DNA from: Anaerofilum sp.
GTDB lineage: Bacteria > Bacillota > Clostridia > Oscillospirales > Ruminococcaceae
Length of the DNA: 58,872 nucleotides
Assembly (NCBI GenBank): GCA_020024115.1
Contig: JAHHUF010000001.1
Span: 1 to 58,872 of the forward strand
Reading direction: 5' to 3'
This document shows, in pieces, positions 49,960 through 58,872 of the stretch. The notes below the pieces were generated by a model, which did not search any database, was not told the origin of the DNA, and was given only the letters and a program-made list of their open reading frames with translations. A program made the position numbers and the translations under genes. Each line of letters starts with the position of its first letter. The stretch's first letter is position 1.

Positions 49960-50268
49960 TTATTTCAACAGGTTCAGCAAAGCTGCCTTTGGCTTTACAC
50001 CAACAGAGTTTGCTGCAATTTCACCGTTTTTGAATACCAAAACGGTAGGAATGGTCATAATGCCATACTGTGCTGCCAATTCAGGCTGCTCATCAACATT
50101 TACTTTGCAAATCTTTGCGTCGGTTACTTCTTCGCCCATTTCGTCAATGATGGGGCTGAGCATTTTGCAAGGGCCACACCAAGAAGCCCAGAAGTCTACC
50201 AAAACAGGAATATCACTGTTTAAAACTTCTTGCTGAAAACTTTCTTTTGTCAAATGAATTACTGCCAT
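49960..50268 (-). CDS. trxA: Thioredoxin
   Basis: WCGPC active site. Confidence 0.97.
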   Translation of the reverse strand: MAVIHLTKESFQQEVLNSDIPVLVDFWASWCGPCKMLSPIIDEMGEEVTDAKICKVNVDEQPELAAQYGIMTIPTVLVFKNGEIAANSVGVKPKAALLNLLK

Positions 50269-50321
50269 AATAATAAATCTCCTTTTTCATTGCATAATCG
50301 CATGTTTGTTTCGATGGTTTT

Positions 50322-50366
50322 ATTATATACGGACAAAACATAAAAATCCGTTGTATTTGCAACGGA
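50322..50366 (-). promoter_or_regulatory. Crp/Fnr-type operator and -10 element of trxAB
   Basis: Palindrome TCCGTTGT-ATTT-GCAACGGA (50347-50366); TATAAT at 50327-50322. Confidence 0.7.
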
Positions 50367-50381
50367 GTAAAAAGTTTTGGT

Positions 50382-51074
50382 TTATTTGTTCTTTTCGCAA
50401 CAGCCGCATGTATCGGGAAACAGATGAAAACGGTTGAGATGATAGTCCAAAAGACCCTCATCCTTCATTTTAGAAAGTTCTTTGGACAAGGCACTTCGGT
50501 CTACACTGAGATAGTCAGCAAGTTCTTGACGGCTGAAGGGAATGGAAAAATGACAGTTTTGTGCAAGGCGAGCTTCGGTAGAAAGATAGGCAAGAAGTTT
50601 TTCGCGCAGTGTTCGACGAGATAAAAAGGATACCTTTCGGGTTAATGTTAAGGCTCGGCGGGAGGTAATCATCAAAAGGTTTTCCATCAACTGACGGTGA
50701 TACGGCCCTGCACAGCCTGTTTTGCCCAAAAGACGATGTTGGTCAATCAGTAAAACCTTGGTTGGTTTCACTGCCACAGCACTGGCAATCATCAACGAAT
50801 GGTCGGTGCAGGCATAGACTTCACCAAAGGTATCCGCCGGAAGAAACCGGTTGTGAATACTGCGGTTGCCGAGAATATCTTCTTCCCATAGCTGTACTTC
50901 ACCGGATAGAACCAGTGCAATCTGTGTAATAGCTTGACCTGCCCAAAAAATCACTTGATTTTTTTCAAAGGATTTTACACTGGCCTCCAAACAATCCATC
51001 AACCCGGAAAGTGCAGAATCAGGAATGTTTTGAAACAAAAGGCTGGAACCAATGGTGGAAAGATATTGTGTCAT
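50382..51074 (-). CDS. Crp/Fnr-family transcriptional regulator
   Basis: cNMP-binding fold (FGEVYA) + HTH SRQELADYLSVDRSALSKEL. Confidence 0.92.
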   Translation of the reverse strand: MTQYLSTIGSSLLFQNIPDSALSGLMDCLEASVKSFEKNQVIFWAGQAITQIALVLSGEVQLWEEDILGNRSIHNRFLPADTFGEVYACTDHSLMIASAVAVKPTKVLLIDQHRLLGKTGCAGPYHRQLMENLLMITSRRALTLTRKVSFLSRRTLREKLLAYLSTEARLAQNCHFSIPFSRQELADYLSVDRSALSKELSKMKDEGLLDYHLNRFHLFPDTCGCCEKNK

Positions 51075-51318
51075 CAGAATTGCTCCTTTTTATAGACAAC
51101 TGAAAATTCAATGCTTTTTATATGAAATATTATTTTTAGAATACTATACAACTTATAAAAATACAAGATGATGTATACAAAGCTACAAAAAATTTACAAA
51201 AAATGCAAAAAAACAATAAAATATACACAAAGATATTGTGAATAAACCAAACTTTTGATATAATTTTAAATAAAGAAGTCAGAACAACTGACACAAAACA
51301 GAGAGGAACGAATGTATT

Positions 51319-52347
51319 ATGTTAATGGAGCAAAAGAGCTTTGATTTGGTTACTTTTGGTGAAATTATGCTGCGGCTTTCCCCGCCATCCGGTGAACGGT
51401 TGGTGCGTGGAGATATATTTGAAAAACGCGCAGGTGGCGCAGAACTGAATGTGGCAAGTGGGGTTTCTCTGCTTGGTTTGAGAACTGGCATCATTTCCAA
51501 ATTGCCTGACAATGAAATGGGAACTTATATTAAAAACAGAATCCGTTTTGTTGGTGTTTCAGATGACTATTTGCTGTATGATTCTGAACCCGGTGCGCGT
51601 TTGGGCATTTATTATTACGAAAACGGTGCCGCTCCCAGAAAACCCGGCATTGTATACGACCGTGCTGGTGCATCCATCAATCGCATCAAAATTGATGAAA
51701 TTCCCACCGAAGTTTATAAAGACACCAGAATGTTCCACACCAGCGGAATTACTTTGGCATTGTCTGAACAAACAAAAGAAGCTGCTTTTCATATGATTAA
51801 AAGTTTCAAGGAAGGCGGCGCAATGATTTCTTTTGATGTAAACTACCGTGCAAATTTGTGGGATGAGAAAACTGCAAGAGAAGCCATTCAAAAGATTTTG
51901 CCTTATGTGGATGTTTTGTTTGTTTCAGAAGAAAGCAGTCGCAGAATGTTCCAAAAAACAGGCGAAATGCAGGATATTATGAAAAGCTACTGCAAAGAGT
52001 ATGGTGTGAAAATTGTTGCGACCACTCGCCGCACGGTTATCAGCCCCAAAAAGCATGACTTTACCTCTATTATTTACTCAGCAGAAACCGATAAATTCTA
52101 TGAAGAAACTCCCTATCGTGATATTGATGTGGTAGACCGCATTGGCAGCGGCGATGCTTATGTTGGCGGTGTGCTGTTTGGTTTGCTCAACTATAATGAC
52201 CCCATGAAGGCTTTGCAGTTTGGCAATGCAACCAGCGCAGTAAAAAATACCATTCCCGGTGATTTGCCATCCTCTGATTTCAAGGAAATTAACCGTATCA
52301 TCAAAGCACACAATGCAACAGAACCACAAAGCGAACTGAATCGCTAA
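51319..52347 (+). CDS. kdgK: PfkB-family sugar kinase (2-keto-3-deoxygluconate kinase-like)
   Basis: FGEIMLRLSP, GGAELNVA, DVNYR, DRIGSGDAY. Confidence 0.8.
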   Translation: MLMEQKSFDLVTFGEIMLRLSPPSGERLVRGDIFEKRAGGAELNVASGVSLLGLRTGIISKLPDNEMGTYIKNRIRFVGVSDDYLLYDSEPGARLGIYYYENGAAPRKPGIVYDRAGASINRIKIDEIPTEVYKDTRMFHTSGITLALSEQTKEAAFHMIKSFKEGGAMISFDVNYRANLWDEKTAREAIQKILPYVDVLFVSEESSRRMFQKTGEMQDIMKSYCKEYGVKIVATTRRTVISPKKHDFTSIIYSAETDKFYEETPYRDIDVVDRIGSGDAYVGGVLFGLLNYNDPMKALQFGNATSAVKNTIPGDLPSSDFKEINRIIKAHNATEPQSELNR

Positions 52348-52436
52348 TGAAAACAGCACAGGAATCCAATGGTGATTCCTGTGCTGTTTCTGTTTTCGGC
52401 AATAAAAAACAGCCCTCAAAAAAGGGCTGTTTCAAT

Positions 52437-53990
52437 TTATTTTGCGTATTCAACTGCACGGCTTTCACGAATAACATTGACCTTAATTTGACCGGGATAG
52501 TTCAATTCTTCTTCAATCTTGCGAGTGATGGAGTGTGCCAACAAAATCAGTTGGTCATCATTGATAACTTCAGGTTTTACCATAATGCGAACTTCACGGC
52601 CTGCTTGTACAGCAAAGGCGTTTTCAACACCCTCGAAGCTGCAGCTGATTTCTTCCAGATTTTCCAGACGCTTGATGTAGCTTTCCAGATTTTCACGGCG
52701 TGCACCGGGGCGAGCAGCACTGATAGCATCCGCAGCCATAACGATAAATGCCAAAGGAGTTTTTGGCTCAACATCACCATGATGGGCTTCAATTGCATGA
52801 ATTACAGCAGGGTTTTCCTTGTACTTTTTCGCAATATCTACACCAATCTGAACATGGCTGCCCTCGATTTCGTGGTTGAGAGATTTGCCAATGTCATGCA
52901 GCAAACCTGCACGGCGAGCCTGCTGAACATTCACGCCCAACTCAGCCGCCATAATACCGGACAGATAGGCAACTTCCAAAGAATGGTTTAATACATTCTG
53001 ACCATAGCTTGTACGGAAGCGCAGTCTGCCCAGAAGTTTTACAACATCGGGGTGAATACCATGAATACCAACATCCATGACAGCGTGTTCACCTTCACGC
53101 TTCATGGTCAACTCCAACTCTCGGCGGCATTTGTCAACGGTTTCTTCAATGCGTGCAGGGTGGATGCGTCCGTCAGTAATCAGGCGTTCCAGTGCCATGC
53201 GGGCAACCTCACGGCGCACTTGGTCAAAGCTGGACAAGGTGATTGCCTCTGGAGTGTCATCAATAATCAACTCAACACCGGTAGCAGTTTCCAAAGCACG
53301 AATATTGCGACCCTCACGACCGATGATTCTGCCTTTCATTTCATCATTGGGCAGTGGGACAACGGTAACAGTTGCCTCGCTGGAATGGTCAGCAGCACAG
53401 CGTGCCAATGCTTGGCTAATCAACTCACGAGCCATTTGGTCAGCTTCATCTTTGGTTTGAGTCTCAAATGCTGCCATACGCATGGCTTTTTCGTGTACCA
53501 ATTGTTCATCCACACGGCTCAAAAGCAGATGCTTTGCATCTTCTTGAGACAAAGCCGCAATGGTTTCCAGCTTTTCCAACTGGCGAGCTTTCATTTGCTC
53601 CAATTCGTCTAAACGCGCCTCAACCAATTCGGTGCGTTTTTTCAAATCAATTTCTTTTTGCTCCAAATTTTGGGAGCGACGGTCAATGGTTTCCTCTTTT
53701 TGGTCAAGACGACGCTCCTGACGGGAAAGCTCATTGCGACGGTCTTTGATTTCTTTGTCTGTTTCGGATTTCAAACGGAATGCCTCATCTTTGGCTTCCA
53801 TCATACTCTCTTTTCGTTTTTGCTCGGCGGTTTTAATTGCCTCGTTTACAATGCGCTTTGCTTCATCCTCAGCACTGCCAATTTTTTGTTCAGCGGTTTT
53901 ACGACGATGTGTTTCTCCAATGAAAAAACCAGCAACACAGCAAAGAACACCTACAACGAGAACAATCAATGCAAATGCAATATCTGGCAT
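52437..53990 (-). CDS. rny: Ribonuclease Y
   Basis: TM anchor, coiled coil, KH ([13 protein letters not shown]), HD (LLHDIGK); TTGACA-17-TAAAAT promoter at 54207-54179. Confidence 0.97.
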   Translation of the reverse strand: MPDIAFALIVLVVGVLCCVAGFFIGETHRRKTAEQKIGSAEDEAKRIVNEAIKTAEQKRKESMMEAKDEAFRLKSETDKEIKDRRNELSRQERRLDQKEETIDRRSQNLEQKEIDLKKRTELVEARLDELEQMKARQLEKLETIAALSQEDAKHLLLSRVDEQLVHEKAMRMAAFETQTKDEADQMARELISQALARCAADHSSEATVTVVPLPNDEMKGRIIGREGRNIRALETATGVELIIDDTPEAITLSSFDQVRREVARMALERLITDGRIHPARIEETVDKCRRELELTMKREGEHAVMDVGIHGIHPDVVKLLGRLRFRTSYGQNVLNHSLEVAYLSGIMAAELGVNVQQARRAGLLHDIGKSLNHEIEGSHVQIGVDIAKKYKENPAVIHAIEAHHGDVEPKTPLAFIVMAADAISAARPGARRENLESYIKRLENLEEISCSFEGVENAFAVQAGREVRIMVKPEVINDDQLILLAHSITRKIEEELNYPGQIKVNVIRESRAVEYAK

Positions 53991-54324
53991 AATTGTTCCA
54001 CTCCTTAAAGTCAAAAATTAAATTTTATCAGAATAAATGCGTCTGTTATGAAATGTCAGTAAAATATAGTTCCCAAAGCCTATGATACCGCTTTTTTGTT
54101 GACAATTGCCTAAAATAGCCATAAAAAAAGCAGGCACAAAGGCCTTTTCGGTTGATAACGAATTTATTCTTATACTTTATTTTAATGCACAGCAAAGGCA
54201 ATGTCAAGAAATTGTTACTTTCAGACAAAAATATGTCCAAAATAACGGGTTGACTTTGAGCAAAAGAGCGTGTAGTATAAAAGTACCACAAACATTTGTG
54301 GAGTGATAAAAACTTCATCCTGCA

Positions 54325-54600
54325 AAAGCAGAGACGTGGACAAACGGCAACGCTTTTCGCACAACAGAGAACGCCGCCAAATTCCGCCGACAGGTGGGTT
54401 TGTGCTGGAAGCGGCAGTGTGCAGCAGCGTAGCTTACCACCACTGAGCAACAGGGGCGAACCCCTGTCGGGCAGACCGAGCCGTTATCATCGGAAAAGAG
54501 AGGCACAAATTTTGTCTGGTTTGTGCAATTCGGGTGGAACCGTGGAGCATTCCGCTTCATCCCGCATTGATAAAAATGTGTGGGATGAAGCGTTTTTTAT
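54325..54600 (+). promoter_or_regulatory. T-box riboswitch (Thr, ACC specifier)
   Basis: AGAGA and GCTGGAA stem I motifs, TTACCA specifier region, GAGCCGTTATC, T-box AATTCGGGTGGAACCGTG, terminator GCTTCATCCC...GGGATGAAGCGTTTTTT. Confidence 0.93.
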
Positions 54601-54629
54601 TTGTAATTTTTTGTTAGGAGGTAAACAGA

Positions 54630-56564
54630 ATGATTCATGTTGAATTAAAAGGCGATGCAAAAGAGTTTGAAGCTGGCATTAGTGCCGCTGAAGTTGCAAA
54701 AAGTATTGGTATGGGTTTGTATAAATCTGCCTGTGCTGCAAAAGTAAATGGTGAAGTGTGTGATTTGCGCACTGTTTTGAATGAGGATTGCAGTCTGGAA
54801 ATTTTGACCTTTGCAGACGCAGAGGGCAAAAGTGCGTTTTGGCACACTGCTGCTCATGTGATGGCACAGGCAATCCAGCATTTATACCCTGAGGCACACT
54901 TTGGTATTGGCCCTGCATTGGAAAATGGCTGGTATTATGATGTTGGAGGTGTAAAACCTTTTACACCTGACCAGTTCACTGCAATTGAAGCAGAGATGAA
55001 AAAAATTGCAAAAGAAGATTTGCCCATTGAAAAGAAAATCATCACTGTGGAACAAGGCAGAGAGATTTTTGCAAATCAGCCCTATAAGCTGGAACTGCTG
55101 GAAGAATATGCCCAAAAAGGAATGGAACTTTCGGTTTATGTGCAGGGAGATTTCACTGATTTGTGTGCCGGCCCTCACTTGATGAGCACCGCCGCTGTGA
55201 AGGCTGCTCGTTTGTTGCAGGCAACCAGTGCATACTGGCGTGGAGATTCTTCCCGTGACAGCCTGTGCCGTGTATATGGTATTGCGTTCCCAAAAGCAAG
55301 TGAACTGGAAGAATATTTGCAGCAGCAGGAAGAAGCTCGCAAACGCGACCACAACAAAATTGGCCGTGAACTGGAGTATTTCACCACTGTTGAAACCATC
55401 GGACAGGGCTTACCCATTTTGCTGCCAAACGGTGCCCGTACTATTCAGTTGTTGCAGCGCTGGGTAGAGGACACCGAGCAAAAACGCGGCTATCAGTTGA
55501 CAAAAACTCCATTTATGGCAAAGCGTGACCTGTATCGAATCAGCGGTCACTGGGACCACTATCGTGACGGTATGTTTGTGCTGGGCGATGCAGATGACGA
55601 AACAAAAGAATGTTTTGCTCTGCGTCCTATGACCTGCCCTTTTCAATATCAGGTATTCCTCAACCGCAAACGCTCCTATCGTGATTTGCCAATGCGCTTG
55701 GGCGAAACTTCCACCCTGTTCCGTAATGAGGATTCTGGTGAGATGCACGGTTTGATTCGTGTGCGTCAGTTTACCATCAGTGAGGGACATTTGATTCTGC
55801 GTCCTGAGCAGCTGGAGGAGGAATTCAAAGGCTGTCTGGAATTGGCAAGAGAAATGCTCGAAACTGTTGGCTTGGCAGAAGATGTAAGCTATCGTTTCAG
55901 CCAGTGGGACCCCAAACGCACCGATAAATATGCAGGCACAGCGGAGCAATGGGAAGAAGCACAAAGCCTGATGGGAAAAATTCTTGACCATTTGGGTTTG
56001 GATTATCATGTTGGAATTGATGAAGCTGCATTTTATGGCCCAAAACTGGATATTCAGATTAAAAATGTATTTGGTAAGGAAGACACTCTGATTACTATTC
56101 AAATTGATATGCTGCTGGCTGAGAAGTTTGGGATGCACTATACAGATGTAGATGGCAAAGAGCGTACCCCATATATCATTCACCGCACCTCTTTGGGCTG
56201 CTATGAGCGTACTTTGGCATTGCTACTGGAAAAATATGCTGGTGCTTTGCCTGTATGGCTGATGCCCACACAGGTGATGGTAATTCCTATCAGCGAAAAA
56301 CATCACGATTATGCTGAAAAGGTGCATAAGATGCTGGAAGCAGCCGGTGTGCGTGTAGAAACTGATTACCGTGCAGAAAAGATGGGCTATAAGATTCGGG
56401 AGGCACAGCTGAAGAAGATTCCTTATATGTTGGTTGTGGGCGACAAGGAAGCAGAGGAAGGCACCGTTGCTGTGCGTGCAAGAAAAGAAGAAAAAGGCGG
56501 CACCAAGCCTTTGACAGAATTTATTGAGCAAATTTGCAAAGAAATTGACAGCAAAGAGAGATAA
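54630..56564 (+). CDS. thrS: Threonine-tRNA ligase
   Basis: TGS domain, HTAAH, DLCAGPH, RDHNKIG, RPMTCP, FYGPKLD. Confidence 0.97.
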   Translation: MIHVELKGDAKEFEAGISAAEVAKSIGMGLYKSACAAKVNGEVCDLRTVLNEDCSLEILTFADAEGKSAFWHTAAHVMAQAIQHLYPEAHFGIGPALENGWYYDVGGVKPFTPDQFTAIEAEMKKIAKEDLPIEKKIITVEQGREIFANQPYKLELLEEYAQKGMELSVYVQGDFTDLCAGPHLMSTAAVKAARLLQATSAYWRGDSSRDSLCRVYGIAFPKASELEEYLQQQEEARKRDHNKIGRELEYFTTVETIGQGLPILLPNGARTIQLLQRWVEDTEQKRGYQLTKTPFMAKRDLYRISGHWDHYRDGMFVLGDADDETKECFALRPMTCPFQYQVFLNRKRSYRDLPMRLGETSTLFRNEDSGEMHGLIRVRQFTISEGHLILRPEQLEEEFKGCLELAREMLETVGLAEDVSYRFSQWDPKRTDKYAGTAEQWEEAQSLMGKILDHLGLDYHVGIDEAAFYGPKLDIQIKNVFGKEDTLITIQIDMLLAEKFGMHYTDVDGKERTPYIIHRTSLGCYERTLALLLEKYAGALPVWLMPTQVMVIPISEKHHDYAEKVHKMLEAAGVRVETDYRAEKMGYKIREAQLKKIPYMLVVGDKEAEEGTVAVRARKEEKGGTKPLTEFIEQICKEIDSKER

Positions 56565-56714
56565 AAGCAAAAAAATCTCAGAAAAGTTTCTTGAGAATTT
56601 GACGATAAAACGAAATAAAATCGAATAACAAAAAGAAATTTGAAATTTTTTCAAAAAAATTCAAAAAAGTGGTTGACAATATGGTTCCTGATTGCTATAA
56701 TATAAGAGCGCTGT

Positions 56715-56790
56715 GAGCCATTAGCTCAGCCGGCAGAGCACCTGACTTTTAATCAGGGTGTCCGGAGTTCGAATCTCCGATGGCTCACCA
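56715..56790 (+). tRNA. tRNA-Lys(TTT)
   Basis: CCTGA-CT-TTT-AA-TCAGG; CCA; TTGACA-17-TATAAT promoter (56673-56701) and a terminator after. Confidence 0.97.
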
Positions 56791-56905
56791 CAAACCGACT
56801 TGTTTCGACAGGTCGGTTTTTTTGTTGCAAAAATCCAGCCTTTTTGTTATACTGATAGCAAATTCAAGAAATGGTTCTGTTGGTTTGCGAAAGAAGGGAT
56901 ACAAA

Positions 56906-57391
56906 ATGAAAAAAATTATCGCTGTTATTTTGTTGACGGTGGTTTGTGTCATTTATTTGTTCCCTATGAAATTTGATAACCTTTTGCAGAATGTTGAATT
57001 GATTTCATTGACTCAAATTGAGTTTTGGGTAAATTCCAACCATGAGCCGCATTTAGAATCGAAAATTTATGAGTTTGGACAGCCAAATGAACAAACAGAG
57101 CTTTTGGAATTGCTGAAAAGATATCGCTATCGCAGAACATACAAATCCCTTTGGACAACAGCAGAGATGGATGGTACAGGAGATAACTTCTTTCATTTTT
57201 TTATTTACCAAAAAGATGATGCACGGTTACAGTATAAGCATACGATTTCAATTTCTGACACAGGGCAAATTGTAGTGGATGACCATCCATACAGGCTGAT
57301 AGGGGATTCAAAGAAATTTGTAGCAGAGATGGAGCAGCTTTTGCAAAACCATCCAAAGTTGAAGCAAAATGAAAATGAGCAAAACAGTTGA
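56906..57391 (+). CDS. Hypothetical secreted or membrane-anchored protein
   Basis: MKKIIAVILLTVVCVIYLFP signal anchor; AAGGGA RBS. Confidence 0.7.
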   Translation: MKKIIAVILLTVVCVIYLFPMKFDNLLQNVELISLTQIEFWVNSNHEPHLESKIYEFGQPNEQTELLELLKRYRYRRTYKSLWTTAEMDGTGDNFFHFFIYQKDDARLQYKHTISISDTGQIVVDDHPYRLIGDSKKFVAEMEQLLQNHPKLKQNENEQNS

Positions 57392-57479
57392 TTTGCAAGT
57401 GAAATAAAAAATAAATTATTTTGCAAAAAGATGTTGACAAAGAGTGCTTTTGGGTGTATACTGGTAAGGTAACAAATGT

Positions 57480-57554
57480 GGCCCGTTGGTCAAGCGGTTA
57501 AGACGACGGCCTCTCACGCCGTAAACAGGAGTTCGATTCTCCTACGGGTCACCA
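57480..57554 (+). tRNA. tRNA-Glu(CTC)
   Basis: ACGGC-CT-CTC-AC-GCCGT; CCA; TTGACA-17-TATACT promoter (57434-57462). Confidence 0.96.
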
Positions 57555-57558
57555 TTAT

Positions 57559-57634
57559 GCCTCTTTAGCTCAGTCGGTAGAGCGCCGGACTGTTAATCCG
57601 TAGGTCGTTGGTTCGAGCCCAACAAGAGGCGCCA
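57559..57634 (+). tRNA. tRNA-Asn(GTT) with G1-C72
   Basis: CGGA-CT-GTT-AA-TCCG; acceptor GCCTCTT/AAGAGGC, discriminator G, CCA. Confidence 0.96.
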
Positions 57635-58331
57635 TTCAAAGCCCCTGCAAATGCAGTGGGCTTTTTTGTTTGTGTAAACCATCTTTAGTATCAAAGGCTG
57701 TGTGACTTGCTGTTTTCAGCATGATTCTGAAATCAAAAAGAGGCTAACTGCAAGGTGATTGGTTTGACTGAAAAATTATTTGCTCAAAATTTAAAACAAG
57801 TTTGCCCAAAAGAGCCGAGGACATTTGTTATGAGCAAATTGAGTTATACTCTAAAAGGATAAAAGCGATAGTGGGTTTGCTATTAAACAAAAAGAAAAAT
57901 TCGATATAAAGCAAAAATAGACCATTTGCTGAATGTTTATTGCAGCAATGTTTGAAAATTATTTTTGTTATAAAACGGAGAAATGAAATAAGAGAAATCA
58001 GAAGGTGATATAAGAAACAAAAAGGCTGAGTGTTTTACAGCACAGCAGCCCATTTCCTCTTTTTTGTTTCATATTCTTACTGGGAAAGAAAGTGGATGCA
58101 GGTTTCTTTCCACAAACTCGCTGAATCTCTAGCAGTGCAAAAGAGAGCAACCCTCTTGTTGGAGCAAAGTAACGGAAAGAAAGAACAGACAGCCTAAAGT
58201 GTTCTTTCGGCTTTGTAGGATACACGATACTTCTGATAGGAAAGTATAGGAGTACCCCTTTGGGTTTTCTGAGGAGGTTGTTTGTTTTGGATAAACTCTC
58301 CGACAAAGACAAACTGGAATATATCTATAAC

Positions 58332-58691
58332 TTATTCGCTGTCACTATAATATTTATCGCATTTGAAGTCTTTAATGGCAATTTTCGTGTCAGCAGTTTC
58401 ATCCCATTGAACACAAAATCCGACAGCCTTTAACTCATCAACGATTATCCATCCGACTTCTTCAGCGGTTGGTTTTTCAAAGTAACTACCAAAAGAGAAA
58501 TGAAGTAGCGTGCTGTCCTCATGTAAAATATGTCCTAAATCTTGTTCTGTATAAAAGCAATAACCAACAACCTTTTCTCCTTTTCTATATAACTCGGTAG
58601 CAACTTCATTACAATCCTCAAATCCATCTGATTGAGTATATCCAGCATAATGCAATGCAACAATTCCCTGTTTCATTAGAGAATTGAAAGC
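58332..58691 (-). pseudogene. 3' part of a gene (DUF6891-like) cut off by an IS insertion
   Basis: AFNSLMKQGIVALHYAGYTQSDG...GYCFYTEQD...; the sequence upstream is IS terminus, so the listed 159-aa ORF is chimeric. Confidence 0.7.
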
Positions 58692-58693
58692 TA

Positions 58694-58872
58694 AATAGTG
58701 TCTACACAAGTTCAAGCCAAAACAGCACACCAAATAGCAATGCAACGAATATGCACTGCTGCCAGAAAGGAAGCTGTATTTTTGGCATATCGTGTGGCAA
58801 TTCCCCGCCAACGCTTGAGGTGTAAAAAAGCATTCTCCACCAAATGCCGCAGTCGATACAGATAACGGTCGT
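58694..58872 (-). mobile_element. IS5-family (IS427-like group) insertion sequence, right end; runs off the window
   Basis: Transposase C-terminus followed by probable TIR (AATAGTGTCTACACAAG on + strand) abutting TA at 58692-58693. Confidence 0.8.
58712..58872 (-). CDS. IS5-family transposase, C-terminal fragment
   Basis: Manual translation DRYLYRLRHLVENAFLHLKRWRGIATRYAKNTASFLAAVHIRCIAIWCAVLA* with the Y-x2-R-x3-E-x6-K signature. Confidence 0.9.
   Translation of the reverse strand, partial: DRYLYRLRHLVENAFLHLKRWRGIATRYAKNTASFLAAVHIRCIAIWCAVLA

Noticed and set aside
18081..52390. Similar hairpin apices (CAATCCATTGGATTG, CAATCAATTGATTG, GAATCCAATGGTGATTC) in several terminators as a REP family
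   Set aside because: Stems are unrelated and the shared part is short; explained by ordinary terminators
57998..58312. 104-aa minus-strand ORF over the structured element
   Set aside because: No RBS, no recognisable motif, and it coincides with dense inverted repeats

Overview
Chromosomal window (about 40-45% GC by eye) from a probably spore-forming gut Clostridia-class bacterium, likely Oscillospiraceae/Ruminococcaceae (inferred from gene content, not from a search). It is mostly core metabolism: an ArsR / FMN-binding lipoprotein / apbE flavinylation cluster, DAHP synthase, a pur operon (purE-F-M-N, PurO-like cyclohydrolase, AICAR transformylase, an inserted membrane glycosyltransferase-like gene, purD, purL), three ECF S-components, spoVT, sbcDC, trxAB, rny, thrS and six tRNAs. 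It is rich in RNA regulation: THF riboswitch-folT, yjdF riboswitch on a broken yjdF gene, and a Thr T-box. Best signals absent from the ORF track: (1) a complete Phe/Tyr leader-peptide attenuator upstream of DAHP synthase; (2) a TA-flanked MITE family (two full copies, one microhomology-deleted copy); (3) an attenuated ECF S-component plus unknown-domain/kinase fusion operon, a candidate CoA-precursor salvage module; (4) an orphan Cys-rich RiPP-like peptide gene; (5) a Crp/Fnr palindrome at about -41.5 of trxAB; (6) a hairpin-dense ~300-nt non-coding element beside an IS5-disrupted gene at the right edge. No CRISPR array, rRNA, prophage or retron was seen. Family names come from motif recognition by eye; no database search was run.
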